From Octopus vulgaris (Eukaryota), in the NCBI GenBank assembly GCA_951406725.2, contig OX597835.1, positions 29,264,001 to 29,328,000 of the forward strand: a stretch of DNA of 64,000 nucleotides. Direction: 5' to 3'. Of this stretch, positions 59,095 to 64,000 are shown piece by piece. The position numbers and the translations under genes are program-made. The notes below the pieces were generated by a model. The model saw nothing but the letters and a program-made list of their open reading frames with translations, was not told the origin of the DNA and ran no database searches. Each line of letters starts with the position of its first letter. Positions within the stretch are counted from its first letter, which is position 1.

Positions 59095-59332
59095 CATGCA
59101 TGTATATATATATATATATATATACATGTATGCATGCATGTATGTATATAAGAATAAATATAAAAATCACTGAAGGAAAATACAAAAATGGCTTTAAATT
59201 TTTAAATAAATAAAATAATATAAAACAACACACTAGGAGCTTAAATGTAAAATTATAAAAATAAATATAAAAATGGAAATCAGGAGTAAAATCGCGAACA
59301 AAACATGTACAAAAAAAATAAAGAGTAACGTA

Positions 59333-59673
<341 letters not shown>

Positions 59674-59930
59674 ACAAAAAACATGTGACGAAAGAAGCAG
59701 CAAAAGCTGTTTGACGACTAAGATGTAGGTCAGACATCGTATCAGTTAACTCCCCATCAAAACAACACTAACATCTTGAAGAACAACGCGAAGAGTGACA
59801 ATGACAACAACAGCAACAATAACAACAACAGCAATAAATAAGAACAGCAACAAGTAGAACACAAGAGAACAGAGAAGCGAAAGAGAGAGGAGAGAAGGGG
59901 CAGAGAGAGAGAGAGGGAGAGGGAGAGATG

Positions 59931-59975
59931 TGACGTAATAATACACGTGTGCATGTTTTCGTTTACGTAATCCGG
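59931..59975. promoter_or_regulatory. Possible bZIP/E-box cluster
   Basis: TGACGTAA (59931), CACGTG (59944) and TTACGTAA (59963) within 45 bp. Motif match only. Confidence 0.3.
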
Positions 59976-60297
59976 TACCTCTCCTCTCCTCCCCTCCCCC
60001 CCCCCATCAAAGCAATGATGATGGCGGTGCAGATAAAACAGGACAGGATGGTGAATGCGTCGGTGGTGGTGGTGGTGGCGGTGGCGGCAGCGTTGGTGGT
60101 GGTGGTTGTGGGTGGAAGGTCAGATGTTGAGAAGAAAAGGGAAACAGGAAGGAAAAAAAATATAGAAATCACTCTTGTGAAAGTAAACATTTTTAGAACA
60201 ATTTTTTTTTCGTGTTGTTCCGGTCTTAGTTATTATTAAATAGTAAAAAAAAAAATCCCTAAAAAAAACAAAAAAATCAACAGACATTGTTGATCAA

Positions 60298-61905
60298 GGT
60301 GCGGGAGTGGCTGTGTGGTAAGTAGCTTGCGAACCAACCACATGGTTCCGGGTTCAGTCCCACTGCGTGGCATCTTCGGCAAGTGTCTTCTACTATAGCC
60401 CCAGGCCGACCAATGCCTTGTGAGTGGATTTGGTAGACGGAAACTGAAAGAAGCCTGTCGTATATATGTATATATATATATATGTATATCTTTATATATA
60501 TAAAACTGAGAATGCGTAAGTGTCTGTCTGTCTGTTTCCCTAAAACTTGAGATCTACACAACCAATTTCATTCAAATTTTACATATGCCTTACTTAGGGT
60601 CCGGGGAGTGTCATCGGCAAAAAAGATTTTGAACTTTTGTCCTAGGGCGAGCCCACAGCAATATCATATCTTCTCCATTACGATTCCCTAAAACTTGAGA
60701 ACTACACAACCAATTCCATTCAAATTTTACACATGCCTTATTCAGGGTCCATGTAGTTTTATGGGCAAAACAAATGTTCAACTTCTTGCCTAGAGCGAGC
60801 CCATAGCAATATCATATCTTCTCCACTATTTCAGTATTATGTGTTAAAAGTGAAACAAAAACATTTCTCTATTTTATGTCAGATACTTTCACTCTAACAA
60901 TAAAAATAATAATAACAATTGAATTATATGTAGTAAGTAATAATTAAAATCAAACTAAAGTATAATATAATCGTAACATAACAAAAGTAAAAATAGCAAT
61001 TGGTATAAAATTGCATCAATGACTTGAACTTGAATAAATTGTTTCACATGAATGGGAATAAGTTAAAAATAAAATTAGCGTGCAGAAATGGAATAGTCCA
61101 GATGGATAATAAAAAATTAAATTAAAGAAAAAACTTTTGTCTATAAAGTATACAATGTAGAGAAAAAAGAAGATTTGAACACATGGAGGAAAGCACCTTC
61201 GAAAAGTGTCTTGGTGCGACTATGAAAGGTATCTAATCAGAGGCAGTAAATTCGCCACAAAAGAAGCAAGGTTCGAGTCAACGGAGTGTGCAAGGGAGTA
61301 CTCGACTCGAACTTGCAAAGTGGAAATATTTTATTTTTACCTTTATATCTGGGACGTAGGACGTCCCGGTAAAAATTAAAGATGCCCCCCCCCCGAAGTA
61401 GAGGTAGGCTGGATTGTAGCCACACTTCTACACAAGAGGGAGGACAAGATACAATTGATCGAAATTACAAGAGACGGGCCTACAATTCCAGTCTGTTATA
61501 TATTTTGGTTATTGTTATCACTAGCGATATCAAGATATAACTTTATATTTTGTATTTTATGTGTAGATGTATATATATAGATGTACATGTAATATGTACA
61601 CATATATATACACTTATATACATGCACTAGCACTATGACCCGGCAACGACGGGTCTTTAATGCTAGTATATATATATATATATGTGTGTGTATGTGTTTG
61701 TGTGTCTGGGTTTGTCCCCCTAGCATTCCTTGACAACCGATGCTGGTGTGTTTACGTCCCCGTCACTTAACGGTTCGACAAAAGAGACCGATAGAATAAG
61801 TACTGGGCTTACAAAGAATAAGTCCCGGGGTCGATTTACTCGACTAAAGGCGGTGCTTCAGCATGGCCGCAGTCAAATGTCTGAAACAAGTAAAAGAGTA
61901 AAAGA
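60298..61905 (+). mobile_element. SINE family A copy split by a Helitron
   Basis: The head half (60298-60488) and tail half (61667-61905) join seamlessly in the internal TA tract. Confidence 0.85.
60489..61666 (+). mobile_element. Non-autonomous Helitron
   Basis: A|TCTTTATATATATAAAACTGAG ... hairpin gacccg-gcaacga-cgggtc, then CTAG|T. No TSD. Internal ~150-bp tandem duplicate at 60535-60830. Confidence 0.85.
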
Positions 61906-62256
61906 GAGGGAGAGGCAAAACCAGGACGGCAATCGTCAGCAAATAACCAGCAAAAACCAACTGGGATGGTTGACAATTGAACAAACAAACAAATAAATAC
62001 TAGCAAATAAATAAATAAAACGGATGCCAGGATTATTTGTTGCCTTCTTCTCGTTTCAGTCATTGGATTGCGACCATACGGAGAAAACCCCTTCAAGAAT
62101 TTAGTCGAACAAATTGATCCCAGTGCATATTTTCAAGCTTGCAACTAATTGTATCAGTCTCCCTTGCCAAAGCGTTAAGTTATGAGGACGTAAATAAACC
62201 AACACCACTTATCAAGCGGTGGGATAACAAAGGCACAAACACACACAGATAGACAT

Positions 62257-62303
<47 letters not shown>

Positions 62304-62559
62304 TACATGCATACATACACACTCACGCGCATATATGCAACAGGCCTTCATGCGATTCCTGTCTACCAAATTCAGTCTCAAAACATTAATTGACAAAGGG
62401 CTATAACGAGAAGATACATATCGAAAGTGCTCCGTCTGACGATTGAACCCAAGTCCACGTGGCAGCAAAGCGAACTTTTTAACCACACAACCCTGTCTTC
62501 GCCTATATAAGAGGACCGTTAATATCCAACTATCTGCTCGGATTAAACGATAATCATAC

Positions 62560-62944
62560 TCTCTTTTACTCTCTTCTACTTGTTTCAGTCATTTACTGCA
62601 GCCATGCTGGAGTACCGCCTTTAGTCGAGCAACTCGACCCCGGTACTTATTCTTTGTAAGCCCAGTACTTATTCTATCGGTCTCTTTAGCCGAACCGCTA
62701 ATGTGACGGGGACATAAACACACCAGCATCGGTTGTCAAGCAATGCTAGGGGGACAAACACAGACACACAAACTTACACACACATATACATATATACGAC
62801 GGGCTTCTTTCAGTTTCCGTCTACCAAATCCACTCACAAGGCTTTGGGCGGTAGAAGATACTTGCCCAAGGTGTCACACAGTGGGACTGAACCCGGAACC
62901 ATGTAAGTAAGCAAGCTACTTACCACACAGCCACTCCTGCGCCT
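62560..62944 (-). mobile_element. SINE family A copy
   Basis: Matches family A. An older, diverged copy precedes it at about 62045-62505. Confidence 0.9.
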
Positions 62945-63233
62945 CTGTTGATTAATGTAAATAAATAAATAAATTCTATCTCTTAGCCGTTTTGTTAATG
63001 GTTTTATCAGAAGAGATATTGGTCACCTCCGTGACCCTTTACAGGACTCACGAATGACCCTCACCCACAGTACTGAGGGAAGGTAAAGAGTCAGTTTTCT
63101 TGGGCTGAACGACTTGTTAGTGAAGCTGTTAAGGAGATGGATTAAGCCTGTGGTATTTTAATTATACCCACCCAACCAATTTCCGCGGGATATATGTGTC
63201 GCAAAAAAAGTATATTTACATAGCACATGTGTG

Positions 63234-63274
<41 letters not shown>

Positions 63275-64000
63275 ACAGACACACACAAACAAACTAGGTG
63301 TAGCTACCTCGCACATGCGAGTCTACAATGGTAGCATGTACCACGCTTCACTTGTCGTTTTAGGTGCCTATGTAGTCGTGGTGCAGACATACACTCCATC
63401 ACCTTGATCCGGTGAAATATCGAGGATGTGACATGTGGAGGAAGAGGATTTGCTGGTACTCATTTTCAGGTGAGTACGCTCGAACAACGTGAAGTGAAGT
63501 ACCTTGTCCAAGGATATAACGTACAGCCCAGTCCAGAAAGCGAAGCCGTGACCTTTCGATCGTAAGCCAAACACACTAACCACTAGGTCACGCACACACA
63601 GGCATACACACACACGCCCGCTCTCAAACACACCTACACTCTCATACTTATTAAAATATGAATGTATATATAAAAATATATACCACTTTTATTCAATGAA
63701 AATTATTCCTATTCCACTGAAGATGCCACTGGAAAGCAGACCTTTTCAGAACCCTTCTAAATGACATATTCACAATATGATCATAAACTAACTACCTTGA
63801 GGTAAAGAATTTAAGAACTTTGAAACGGAGCTTCTAAGAATAACTAACACAGCAGTATTTAAAAATAATTTTGAAATTTTTTGAAATTTTTTGAAATCAA
63901 TCACAGTATTTATAAATTCTTAAACAGTGTACACACTTTCTGACAAGGTTAATTTACAGTAGGAACTTAAGAAAAAAGAAAGAAAGAAAGAAAGAAAGAA

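Noticed and set aside
63710-63835. CTGAAGA ... GAAAC possible hammerhead; also CTGAAGA at about 41699 and CTGACGA at about 20666
   Set aside because: I could not find complementary stems I and II or a palindromic stem III at suitable spacing.

Overview
This is eukaryotic, AT-rich, microsatellite-saturated non-coding DNA. The SINE and microsatellite landscape points to a cephalopod, most likely Octopus; this is an inference from recalled repeat patterns, not a database match. I recognise no intact host protein-coding gene, and almost all ORF-track entries are translations of (TA)n, (TG)n, (TACA)n, (TCTA)n, (TAA)n, (GAA)n or (GGT)n. The remainder is a nested transposon graveyard. It includes tRNA-derived SINEs with swapped 3' tails, decayed LINEs (CR1/L2-like, Tx1/L1-like, and R4/Dong-like in TAA repeats), a Penelope-like RT fossil, mariner/Tc1 fossils, MITEs, two non-autonomous Helitrons and a Helentron-type element. 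The most striking signal is a set of about 13 minimal type-I hammerhead ribozyme motifs, 5 with intact catalytic cores and palindromic stem III. They lie in several short, unrelated non-coding elements. One of these combines a tRNA-like Pol III head, a (TAA)n spacer, a hammerhead tail, a Penelope-style inverted 3' copy and a 12-bp TSD, making it a candidate Penelope-mobilised ribozyme SINE. Coordinates were read by eye and fossil boundaries are approximate.
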